A DNA stretch of 64,000 bases from Cenococcum geophilum (lineage: Eukaryota). The notes under the pieces were generated by a model. It was not told the origin of the DNA and searched no databases. It was given only the letters and a program-made list of their open reading frames with translations. Location: positions 8,246,001 through 8,310,000 of the forward strand of contig CP158636.1 of assembly GCA_050273025.1 (NCBI GenBank), written 5' to 3'. Shown piece by piece: positions 26,054 to 38,000 of the stretch; the stretch's first letter is position 1, and each line of letters starts with the position of its first letter. Both the position numbers and the translations under genes were made by a program.

Positions 26054-26756
26054 TGTAACTGACTACTAAGGCTGTTAATAAGTGAAAGGTAGGCTACCGA
26101 TATGGTACGAACGATATAGTTATTAATATCGTTTATAGCCTGTTTTTGCTTTTAGTATACGCGTAGATCGTCCTTATATTTAGCGTAGAGCTAGTTATAG
26201 GCAGTAAGCTAATTTAGGTCTAGCTTTGCTATTAATATAGCTATAGGTAGTATGTCCCTTAGTATAGGCCGACTTGGTAGTTCTAGCTTTAGAAGATTAT
26301 CTTTCTTCTTAGATAGGTTAATATACTGCCATACCTTATTAGTTTTAGCTATATCTTAGATAATAAAGAACTATTAAATCTAATCGGATGGCTTATTAAG
26401 GATAAGGATAATTTTTAATTTAGTAAAGGTTGTTATTTTTAGAATTTAATAGGTTAGGAAGGGTCTAGGTTAGGGTCTAACTAGCGTCTTAGTAGAACCT
26501 TATTTAGACGTTCCAAACTTTTAATTTAATTTATTAGTTTGTTTATTAGTTAGATTTTGTTATAGGGAGCGTGATTAATAACCCCTACTAACAGCTCTAA
26601 CTACGTCTAATTTTTAATTTATAAATCGGTAGATCTATAAGTAATAGTTATTTTAAGTAGCTCCAGGTGCGGTATATATAAAATCTTAACTATAGTATAG
26701 AGAAGTTGTAGCTGCTAATATGCGGTCCTAAGTAGTATATATTCTTGGAGGTTACA
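26054..26756 (-). mobile_element. Truncated Copia-like fragment: LTR (26558-26756) plus gag N-terminus
   Basis: De-RIPped frame from about 26437 reads ILILDKPSDWIQWFFIIQD.AK.NKVWQYIDPS, typical of fungal Copia gag. The minus-strand TGTAACC...TAACA segment is LTR-sized. Confidence 0.6.
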
Positions 26757-26999
26757 TAACTCCTTATATAAGCGACATTTCCGCCCTTTAAAATTTTTTT
26801 AAAAAATTCCAAAAATTAATTAACGCTACAGATAGCAGTAATATTAATCTAGTAATACTGCCAATTCTCCCTATATACCATTGTATGTATATTTAATAGC
26901 TCTAGAAGCGGTAAGAAGGTAGGACGGATAGGGGGGTTAAAATTTAGAAAATTGGATTTCGTGGTTAAGCTGTTTAAAAGTTAAAAAACTAAGACGAAT

Positions 27000-29900
27000 G
27001 CTATATTCTCCGCTTACCTCTAAGCTAGTATATAATTTCCTAATTAGGAAAAGTTGTTTATAAGTAGTTACTGCTGCCTTCGTACAAAATCTTCTTATTA
27101 TACCTCTTTAGTCTTACTTATAGATAACTGAAATTGTTCTATATTAAACCTACATTCGAATATAAGCCCTAAAAGCTTCTTAACTTATAAGATTGCTATA
27201 TAGGTTAGCCTAGCTGTCTTATTCTTTTCCTTAATATCTAGAACTACCTAGTTAAGTGTTAGGCCCTGGCTTTTATATACGGTAAGAGTAAAAGCTAGAG
27301 TAATTAGAAATTAACGCCGTAAATAAGAGCCTTTTATACCCTCTTACTTATGAAGTATGGAAAATATAGGGATGACTTTCTTACTATCCTGCTGAGTGAA
27401 TAGGGTAGGTCCGTTATACCTATCTATTATAATTAGTAGTGACTAAGGCTGATCCTTTTTAATATCCGCGTGTCCCTTCTATATAATATCTTTAATTATA
27501 CTAGTAGTACCGTTTACTAAGCCTAGTTTAACCCAGATATTCTATATTAGTATTACTTTTACGCTAATATATAGGGCTAGATTCTCTATAGTATCGCACT
27601 AATTAGGAGTAACTTTCCGTATACCTATACTAGTGTTAACTAACTTAATAGCCACTACTAGCTATAAAAGGTCGCGAAGCCGAATAGCGTTATACTTACT
27701 TATAGCAGCGCGTATGCTATATAGCTAAATTGTGTTATTAAAGCCCGCAACCTTATTAATGGATAGGCCCTGCTTATACCTAGTTAAAAGAAGCTTTTAG
27801 GTTAAATTACTTATAGAATTACTACGTAGCTCCATAAGGGCGGTCCTAAATACAGAGCTCTTAGCGTTATTACCGCCCTACCATATAACTTAATCTAGGA
27901 CAGCTGTTCGGTTAATTGCCTTATAGGCTCCCTTTTTATAGCTAGTAAGCTCTAACGGCCTAGCGGGTAGATTGCTGTATAAGGCCGCCTAACCTATAGG
28001 GGGAAGCTAATGGAAATTGCCTACTAGTAAGATGTTTAAGCCTTTAAAGTAGTTGTTATTACGCGTAGGGTAAATCTAACGGAGGCGGTAATTAATCTAG
28101 GCTAGATGTACTTGCCTAATTATAGATTTCTCGTTAAGGATAAGATAGTGAATATCCTTAAAAGCTTGTTGTAGAGGTATAAGACTGGCAGTAGGCAATT
28201 TCTTAAACGGATGATTTACCGGTAACCTTAATAGATTATATATAGTTCTGCCGTTAATACTAAAGGTAGCTACCCTAGTAGGGGCAGCTCGAGCTAATGG
28301 CGACGGCTTACTATTAGCCCTTGCTATATTATAAAGCGTAGTAGAGAGGACAGTAATAAGATGTGATTTGCCGGTTCCTACCTCTCTATTAATATTAATC
28401 CGTAATAGGGGGGGGCCAAGGCCCGCTTAGATCTGCCTATAGTAATTAACTACGATATTATAGATATAACGCTAACTGTCGGAACGTTAATCACGTGACG
28501 TAGTTATATAACTACAAAGCGAGACTGACTATCTGACTTTAGAGCAACCCCTTTCTTTGAAAAAACAATTAACTACTAACTTTAACACCGCATACGTACC
28601 ACTACAAGTGATATTCGTGCACGTTAATAAAGAGAGTTATACTGACACTAATTAGTAGACGTACAGATTAGGAAATACGCAATAGTAAAGCTCGAGAAAT
28701 AGCACCACTCACCCGGTGTTTAATGATCGCAGAGCTATCGCCCTATTTCAGTTAAAGGAGAAAGCTACGATACCCTTAAAGCTCGAGACTACACGTTAGC
28801 TTAATTGTTAACGCGTTAGATCGCCTAGAGAATCGTATCTTTACTTAGAGAGAGCTACGTTACCCTTAAAGCTTGAGACCATGTATTAGCTTGCTAATGC
28901 GTTAGATTGCCTAGAGGACCCTTAAAGCTTAAAACCACGTATTAACTTAACTGTTAACGCGTTAGATCGCCTAGAGGACCATATCTTTGCTAAAAAATCG
29001 TCTTTAGTCTTTAGTCTTTAAAAACTGTAGATTTGTTAAGGGGACACACACACACCCTTATACCCTCACCTTTACACCCTTACCTTTACACCCTTACCTT
29101 AAACCTTAACCTTGACCTTAAACCTTAACCTCGACCTTAAACCTCGACCTTAACCTTAAACCTTAACCTTGACCTTAAACCTCGACCTTAACCTTATACC
29201 TACCTTTATACCTATAACGCCTAAAACTATAGCACCAACGGAGGAAGAATAGGCTGTAATGGCCAATAAATACGGATACGGAATTAATGCAGATAAGGCT
29301 ACGAAGGACGAACTGGTAGAGTTTGTAGAAACAATGATATACCTAATATAAGACTTTACGGACAATACCTTGTGGCTCGTCTTTCTAGAGCAGTTTAAGG
29401 GGTTTATAGTAAAGAGCTTTAAGAAAATACGCACAGACATTAGATCTAAGCTACGAAGATATCTCCTTAAAAGAGGTGTTTACGTAGGTAGACGTAATAG
29501 CAGAGTTACTATATCTAAGCTGCTATTTAAAGTTACACAATAAGAAGAGCTGCATTAATAGATAGATAAGGAGATTGTAGTAACTATTAAGGAGCTAGCA
29601 GAACTACTAGCTTTAAGAGCATTATAAGATAAGTTAAACTACGCTCGTGACGGTCTATTGGGTTAGCCTATAGCTATAGTTGTAATACCACCTAGGTCTG
29701 GTACGCAAACACCTATTATATTTATGCCCTAGCAACCTACCTCTATATAGAATTAGTAAGCCGCACTAACCGCCTCTATCTTTCCTCCAGTAACTGCTCT
29801 TACCCCACCACTAGCTACTCCGCTAATTCCACCAGCTATTCCAACTGCTGCACCACCAGTTGTCCCAATCGCTGTACCACCAGTTATCCCAATCGCTGCA

Positions 29901-32900
29901 CCGCCAGCTACTCCGATTGCTGCACCGCTAGCTACTCCGATCGCTACACCGCCAGCTACTCTAATTGCTGCACCGCTAGCTACCCCAATCGCTGCCCCTG
30001 CTGCCCCTACTACCCCTCCTAGTCCTCCTCCTGCCTAGCCTATAACTACAGCTATAATGCCGCCTAAAACGTAGATACCTACCCCTATAACACCTTAGCA
30101 GCCTAGCCTACCGTAGTCTACCCTACCGTAATCTACCCTATAGTAGTAATTAGACCTAGGAGTAGAAGGAATAACCTTATATAATAAAGAAGCTGCTATA
30201 GTGGCAAAGATATATACAGATAGCCAGAAATATAGTAGAGTTAGTAAAAGCTTCGATTTTAAATTGTCTATTTTTAAAGATATCTACAGAAGAGCTGGCT
30301 AGGGAGTTTCCGCCTATAGAATTACCGTCTCAAACCCTAGAGAAGACTCGTCTTAGTTAATTAATAAGTTGCAGTCTCTAATTATTGTATAGGAGAAGGA
30401 ACACCCTAGTTAAGGGGCGTATACTACCTTTATAGATTGCCGCTACTATAGTTAAGATTAAGGCCAGAACTATAACTGGAATAACCGAAGCCGTAACTAA
30501 AATGGTTAAAACCTTAGCTATAAGGGATTTAAACAGTACGTAAGTACTATAGGTGTTAATACAGAGGGGGTTCTAGTTAAAGCCTATAACTCTATTAGCG
30601 TAGGTTAAACAAATAAACTATAAGGTATTGCCTGGGTGTATAGTAGGGAGTAGATAATACCCTTATATAGGAGAAAGAGAGACGAACTAATAGGGGAGGA
30701 AGGAAGCTGTAAGCCTGAAGAGCTTATAAGGGGTAGCTAAGGCCTAGCCGAAGGCTACCTTTAGTAGCCCTAAGAGCTTCTAGGATATAGCCAAGATAGT
30801 ATTATAGGACTACCCCGTAATACCTTACACGCACCTACCTATTTATACCGCTAAGACACCAGTGTCTAATATCCGCAATGTCTGATATCCGTAAGATTCG
30901 CAATATCCGCAATATTCGCAATGTCTGTAATTCTCTGCACTAATTCAAGGTCCTTATATAACTGTCTCGTCCAACTAGGAACTACGCAAGAAAAACGCTT
31001 AATAATTGATATCGATGGAGATACTAACCCTGCAGATGCTATAATAAAGGGCAAGCCTTATACGGCACTATTATAGCTTATTAATACGAATTAAGCTATA
31101 GGGTGGGTTAAATAAACGGATTTGGCTTTAGTAGGTACGGACTCGTACTATATAGAGCTAGCCGCTAAGGCGCTAGTAGCAGGCGAGCCAATAGCGATTT
31201 TCTATCCCGGGGATGGAAAATCCTAATTGGCCGGTTTAACGGTATGGCAGAATCCGACAGGCGACGCGCTCTAGGATTAAAGGTGGAGCTATTACGTATT
31301 ATAGACGGAAGAGCTAGCTATTACGTATACGCTATAAGTAGTCTAAAAGACTTAACTTTAGAGTATAAATTAGCCTTCTTTTTAGAGTTGCTCTAGTGTC
31401 GGAACGTTAATTATGTAATGTAGTTATATGACTACAAAGCGAGACTAACTATCTGACTTTGGAGCAACCCCTTTCTTCGAAAAAACAATTAACTACTAAC
31501 TTTAACACCGCATACGTACCACTATAAGTGATATTCGTGCACGTTAATAAAGAGAGTTATACCGACACTAACCTAGTTATAAGGAGGACGGAGTTGCTGT
31601 TTAGGATAGGCGGCTCTACGGTAGAGGCTATAGCCGTACTTCCTATTAATAAGTCCTCTTATTAAGCTGCGGGTACGTACCCTAATGCGTACTCTAGTTA
31701 TAGTTACGATTAAGCTCCCTATTACTAAGCCTGTTAGGATTCTTAAGTTTAACTCTGTTAATATTTTAAACGCGGGTATATAGGGCCTTAAAGGACTAAT
31801 ATAGCTCTAAGTTGTCTGTAAAATCGCCCTTAAACTCATTAATATTATTAGCAGTTTCGCGACCTTCCTCTAGTTTCTAATTATAGAAGTAGTTAGGTAG
31901 GTGCTAATAAGAGTTAACGCAAGCCTAATAGGAAGCTATATAATTAGGGGCCCTAAATCTATTAGTATAAGTAGCTACTTCCTTATACTCCCTCTATGGG
32001 TAATAAAGAATAAGCTTTATATAGTAGAACTTAGAATACTACGGATAGAAATAATCGCCGTTATATCGCGGAAAGTACGATATAATTTAAGGCTTTGCTC
32101 TTAGCCGACGCTTATAAGTAGAGTAATTAAAATAGAGTAGAAAATTGAGGAAAGTAACGTCCTTTACCCTATCTAGGCGGCGTTTATATTTATTATAGTT
32201 AGATAGTCTGCACCCTTTTAATTGCCTATTATTAAGCTTATACGTAGCGCTTTAATTATCCTTCTAGCGGTAGTCTAAAGTTACTATATTCCTAGAGCCT
32301 TTATAAAGGGGAATGTTAAGAAGCAGATAGTATACCTCCTATACTAACTAATCGCGTTTAGTAATAAGCTTATTTATAAACCTAACTATAACTAAACTAA
32401 AGGCATAAAGGCTATTAGCGTGCGGCTGTACTAATTAGAGTAACTCCTAGTAGGAAGTTAACTTTTTCTCTTCCTTGCTGTAATATTTGCCTATATAGTT
32501 AACTATTATTAATATACTTATAGTGGGTGACGTATTAATATTCGCCATCCACGCTAATATTATAGCTGTATTGTAACCATTAAAAAGCTTATTATTATGC
32601 TGTGGACAGAACGTCTAGTAATATGGATTTTAATCCTTTAATACAGCAGCCTTATTGCGGAGAGACCGTAGAAAATAGAAGCGGCACTTTTTTACTTTAG
32701 TGGAGCCTTTCTTTAATCTTAAGCAGTAAAATTTGGTGTAATTATAGTGCCGTTAAAATTGATTAAGGTAGGTAGTAAGAAGCTTACTAGTATTAAGCTG
32801 TTCTTTATAGCTTAGAGCAGAAGGATATTAGAGATTGGGAGGCCTAGATTAATTGGGATTAATTACGGATATAAAAGTAGCCTAGTACTTAGCAAAAGCC

Positions 32901-34960
32901 GCCTTTAATTTAATAGCTGACGGATCTGGCCTTAGGGCTGTTAAACTCTATAAGAAGCTATATATATAGCCGCTACCTCGTACCTACTACTTATATTGGG
33001 ACTAAAAGTTAATGCTATTAAATAGGGTGCTTTCTAAATAGATTAAAGCAGTAATATAGCTAGTAAGCAGCAATATGCGGATTGTTATTAAGATTTTAAG
33101 AAGCAATTTAGTAGCGCTAAGCCTTATTAGCAGCCTTATATTCGTTAAATAGAGGTATATAAGAGTGTAGATTATGCTAATGTAGATTAGTAGCGCTAAG
33201 TATAAAGAATAGAGACCCGCTCTTAATATTCTTAGTATAAGCCGTAAGCTTATTTCTCTTCTGCCTCTAGTAAGGTCTAGTGCCCTTAAGGCTCCGTATA
33301 TACCGTATAATCTTATTTAGTAACTAGCCACCCCCATTACTATTTATAATATTAGTAAGCTTATTTAAAGATAGGCTATTCTTATTTAATTGGCCGTAAA
33401 GGAAACGGGTAGCGTTAAGGGCTTGCTCTCTTATAATCCGATTAAATACGTAATAGCGAAATAAGGGGTGGCGGCTAAACCGGCCGTCCTAATACTTAAG
33501 TATATGCTTAGCGTATGTAGCTAGGGTAACTATACGGCTTCGCGGTATATTAAAATTGGCTTTACCATAAGGAAATAGGGTAGGAAAGGCGCCGCGTATA
33601 ATAAAACTAGCTAATTGCTTAGAGAGAGGTGTCTATTATACAGTAGGAACCTCTAGGCCCGCTTATAGGTCTTATTAGTATTAAACCTCGCGACCCAAAA
33701 GCTCTAATTTATTAAGGTTAGGTACTAGATTAGGAACTAAAGTATCTAGTACGTCGTTATTAAATTTACTGTCCGGTATATTACTGCCAAGCTTAGTAGG
33801 TAGAGGATTAACGGCGGGACGTTATATAGGAGCAGTAGGGTAAGCTATCGGGCCACTGGAATTAGACTCTAACTTATTAATATAAGGTAGCTAATCTAAT
33901 ATAGAGCCATTTTTGGGTAAGCTGGTAAGCCGGGTGCTATATATTTCAACGTCGCGATAATTAAGATAATTAACCTTTAGAAAGTAAAGCCACTATGCTA
34001 TAGTAGAGCACCTTACGGTATACCGCTTAGTAAACCGCCGACTTAGGTATTCGCCACCCTCTACTGCTATAGGCCTTACGACCAGTATATTAAGTTTAGT
34101 AGGTAGCCGTGGTAGCTGCTTTTAGGTCTTTAGTATGTTCTAGCCAAAGCAGTAGACGTAGCCAGTATAGCAATGTTGGTGGCCACGTATATGTACGACT
34201 TATAAATAAACGTATACGCGCGTAATTAGAAGCTCCTCTACCGCGGTAAGTATAGGTAGGAAGCTAGGAACAGGCCCTAGATTAAGCCCATTGCTATTAC
34301 TAAATAGGGGAGGAAGGGTTAGATACTTAAGGCTATCGGCGTCCTTAATATAGGCTTTACATACACCTATATTGTTACCCTCCGTAGCTAAGCCTATTTG
34401 GAACTACCGCTCCTTATAATAACTGCACGTCTCTATACGTTTAGCCTATAATATACTCCTAAACTTCTTAATTCGCTCCCAATTAATAGCTAAAATGGGT
34501 AGTGGTATAGCCGTAGCTAGAGCTTGCTGTAAAGGAGCTTACTATAAAGGAGCTTACCGTAAGGGAGCTTGCCGCAAGGAAGGTGGTATTAGTGGTAGAG
34601 TAGGTATTGGCGGTAGAGTAGGTATTGGTGGTAAAGTAGGCATAGGAGTTAGTTTTGGTAAGGACGCATTTAGGCCATCTAGAGTGCCTCTTCTACTATA
34701 TAGAGCTTTATCTACAGTATATAGCGAAGAAGTAGGTAAGTAAGCTTTACCTCGTCAATTAAGAATATAGTGCTCCTATTGTATTGCCCTAATTATCTTC
34801 CGCCGTTAAGCTATTTTAAGGGTATCTTAGCTATTCTGGCCGCGAGGCAGGAAGGCGTTCTTAGTATCGTTTTTAGGTGGAGTAGTTTGCTGGCGCCTTA
34901 TAGGACGATTCTTAGTAGTAGAACCTAACTCTATAAGAGCTCTCCGCTTATTTAAATTAT
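27000..34960 (-). pseudogene. Helitron RepHel (HUH Rep + PIF1 helicase), RIP-mutated, split by a Copia
   Basis: De-RIPped motifs: LTAVEELLIARVH (about 34230), FFTLSAADLH (about 33195), YEWQVRGSGHIHG (about 32980), GTGKS (about 28370), AAPTG, DEKSM, GDFHQLPP (about 28005), AFALTVHKSQGLTL (about 27275). Confidence 0.92.
28477..31567 (+). mobile_element. Copia LTR retrotransposon A, internally deleted
   Basis: 171-bp LTRs at 28477-28647 and 31397-31567 (TGTCGG...CCGACA); TSD CTAAC. Retains gag, a small integrase piece and the RNase H tail (NPADA.TK). Confidence 0.93.
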
Positions 34961-35056
34961 ATTTAGAGACCTAGAAAAGTAAGTAGAAGTAGAAGTAATA
35001 TATAGGGAAGACGCACCTTTGACCAATATAACTGGCACAGCTTTAAAAGCTTCTTT

Positions 35057-38000
35057 TGTTACGGCACTGGCAGAACTTGGCAGAACTACGCACCGGCAAG
35101 TTGCCACAGATTGCCGCATATTGCGGTCACGTGACGTGAAGATCGTATATAGCTTCGAGCGGCGCTCCCCTTCTTCTCCTTTCCTTTCTTTAGCTTTAGA
35201 TTCTTGTTTATAAACAATCCAATTGTATAGGCTTGCACGTCCCTTATACTATGCTTATGCCTTAATTAACTAAGTCGCTAATATTATCTAAAGCTTACTC
35301 TACTCTTTCTTCCTAAGAAGGAACTTAAATATATCTATAAGAACACAGAATAGGACCCTAAGGACATTACTAGGACCACAAGGATAGGACCCAAAAGAAA
35401 AAAATAGAACCCTAAGGAAAGGACCTATAAGATACACATAGACCAAAACCCCTAAAGAAATTACCCAGAATTACCTAACACCCCTACCACTATACCACGA
35501 ACTACAGCTGTAGGTAAAGTAGCTATAGGACCCTTAAATACTTTAGATAAAGAAACAATTAACATTTTAACCCCCTAGGCGGAGCTTACGGCTATTAATA
35601 CCAAAATTAAATAATTGCGAGAGCTGCTTAAAGCCAGAGATACCCCTATATCTAATAATAAGTTATTATTAAATAACCAAAGACTTACTATAGTCCTTTA
35701 GGCCCTATTCTAGCGCCTTAGTGGATTTACTAAGGCCTATATAGTACCGAAGCGGTTAGTAAAGGTTATGGACCCCCTACTACTTACAGATAGAACTAAC
35801 CCTATATTTAATAATTAGAAGCTCTAATTACAGGATAAGCTTAAAGTTAATACAGACTACTTCCCTAACGCCTAAGCTAGAATGGCCTACGTCTTTAGCT
35901 GTACTAGCGGAGACGCCTAGATGTATTTACGCCCGCGATACACTAAAGACTTAATAGACCCCTTTATCTCTAAAAAAGAAATAATTAAATACTTATCTTC
36001 TATTTATAAGGACCCTTTTAAAGTATAAAACGCCCGCCTTAGTTATAAAAGCCTAAATATAAAAATAACGGAGACCTTTTCGGCCTTCTAAACCCGCTTT
36101 CTATACCTAGCCGGATAGGCCCAGATCCCCTAGGAAGACCTACTGCTAGACCTCTTTAATAAGCTTACCCTAGACCTACAGCAGGCCGTATTACTAGCTT
36201 ATACTATAGCATAGACATTAAAGAAACTTATAAACTATTGCCTAGCTATTAACTAAGGCCTTTATTAAATTAAGGCACGCGTTAATTAGCTAAAAACTAG
36301 AAACCTTATAAACTAGGCCATAAGTACTATAAATACGGCCTATAGTGCCCTGGCATAATTAGCAACTCCTATAGCTAACCCGGCAGCTAGCTATATAGCT
36401 ACCCCTACTACGGGCCTAGTATACACCCGGCCTATATATAGCGACCCCTATATATAGGCCCTTAGCAATTAAGGAGCTTACTTCTTATACGGTTAAATAG
36501 GCCACCCTATAAGGAACTACCTAATAAAGGTAAGGATAAACGAGGTCCTATTAATTTAGGAGGATAGTATAGAGCTAAAAAAAGAGGAACCTTAAAGAAA
36601 GACTCCTCTCTAGGGTTAAAAGGGATTAATATATTATATATTAATCTAGGTCGGCTAGTTAATAGAAAAAGCTACACTATCCCTTATACTTTATTTCGCA
36701 ATAGATATTAAGTTTTAACCTCTACTTTAGCTAACTTAGGAGCAAATGCCTTTACCTTAATTAATATAAAGTGCGCTACAAAACTGGCTAACTTTTTAAA
36801 TACACCCCTTAAAGAACTACCTAAACTAATCCCTATTCGCGGTTATAATGGACGGATAGGGCCACCTATTATAACTATCTTGCGGATTTACCTTTACGTT
36901 AACAGACGAAGGTAATATAATATCCCCTTTCTTATTACGGACTTAGGAAGCCACAATATAATCTTAGGAAGCCATAATATAATCTTAGGAAGCCATAATA
37001 TAATCTTAGGAAGAAAATAGCTAGCCTATTTAGGCTTACAGCTTAAAGTATAGAGTAGACGGCTTATTTAGCCTAAAACTCTACCCCTAACCCCTTCCTT
37101 TATAAAAGAAATTAGCATTATAATAGAAAACCTTATACGGCCCTAGATTAATACTATTTACTAGGCCAATGCTATACGCAAAGACTAGGCCTTTAAGAAG
37201 GACGTATAGCTTAACCTGCAACAGATCTGTATACTACGCCGCCCCCAAACTACTTATATTACGCCACCCGCACTAAAGACCTAGGAAGTTGGTAGTAACC
37301 TAGCTAAGTTCCCTATAGAGAACCCTATAAAGCTATAAAGGAAAGCCAGGGATATTAGACGCCATACTAAACTAATAGATAGGAAGGATAACTTATAGAA
37401 AATGGAACGTAAGCTAAGGAAGACCATAAACCCTATACTATAAACTACGGCCTAACGGACGCCAAAGAAACCCACGGACCTCCCACCAGTTAATATCTAC
37501 TGTATTAGCGCTATAGGATTCTACTAGAACCTAGTTTAGCCTAATACTGTTACCTTTATAACTAGCCTATATAAAATTAACTAAATAATTAAGGAAAAGG
37601 AAAGCAAGCTTAGTAGATAGAAAAGTAGGCTTATAAATAAAAAACTAGTAAAGTAAAAACTGCCTAATTAATACCGGAAATTTAAGGACGTATTCTTTAA
37701 GGTAGCGTTTAATATACTTCTACCCTACCAACCATATAACTATAAGATTAAAATTAAGTAAGATAAGGGAAGCACCCTTAGCTTTAGCCCTCTCTACCTA
37801 TAGTCTATTGCCGAATTATAGGCTATAAAGTAGTACCTTATTAATAACCTAAATAAGGGCTTCATTAAGCCTAGCTAAGCCCCCTTTAACTTACCTATTC
37901 TCTTTGTTAAAAAGCCAAATAGAGAACTACGCTTCTGTATTAACTACTATAAGCTAAATAATATAACCCGCAAGGACCGCTACCCGCTACCCTTACTTAA

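Noticed and set aside
29060..29200. (ACCTTA)n tracts resembling telomeric repeats, also at 43441-43530
   Set aside because: They are interspersed with ACCTCG units and sit in both Copia leaders; RIP of (ACCTCG)n explains them, and they are not CCCTAA.
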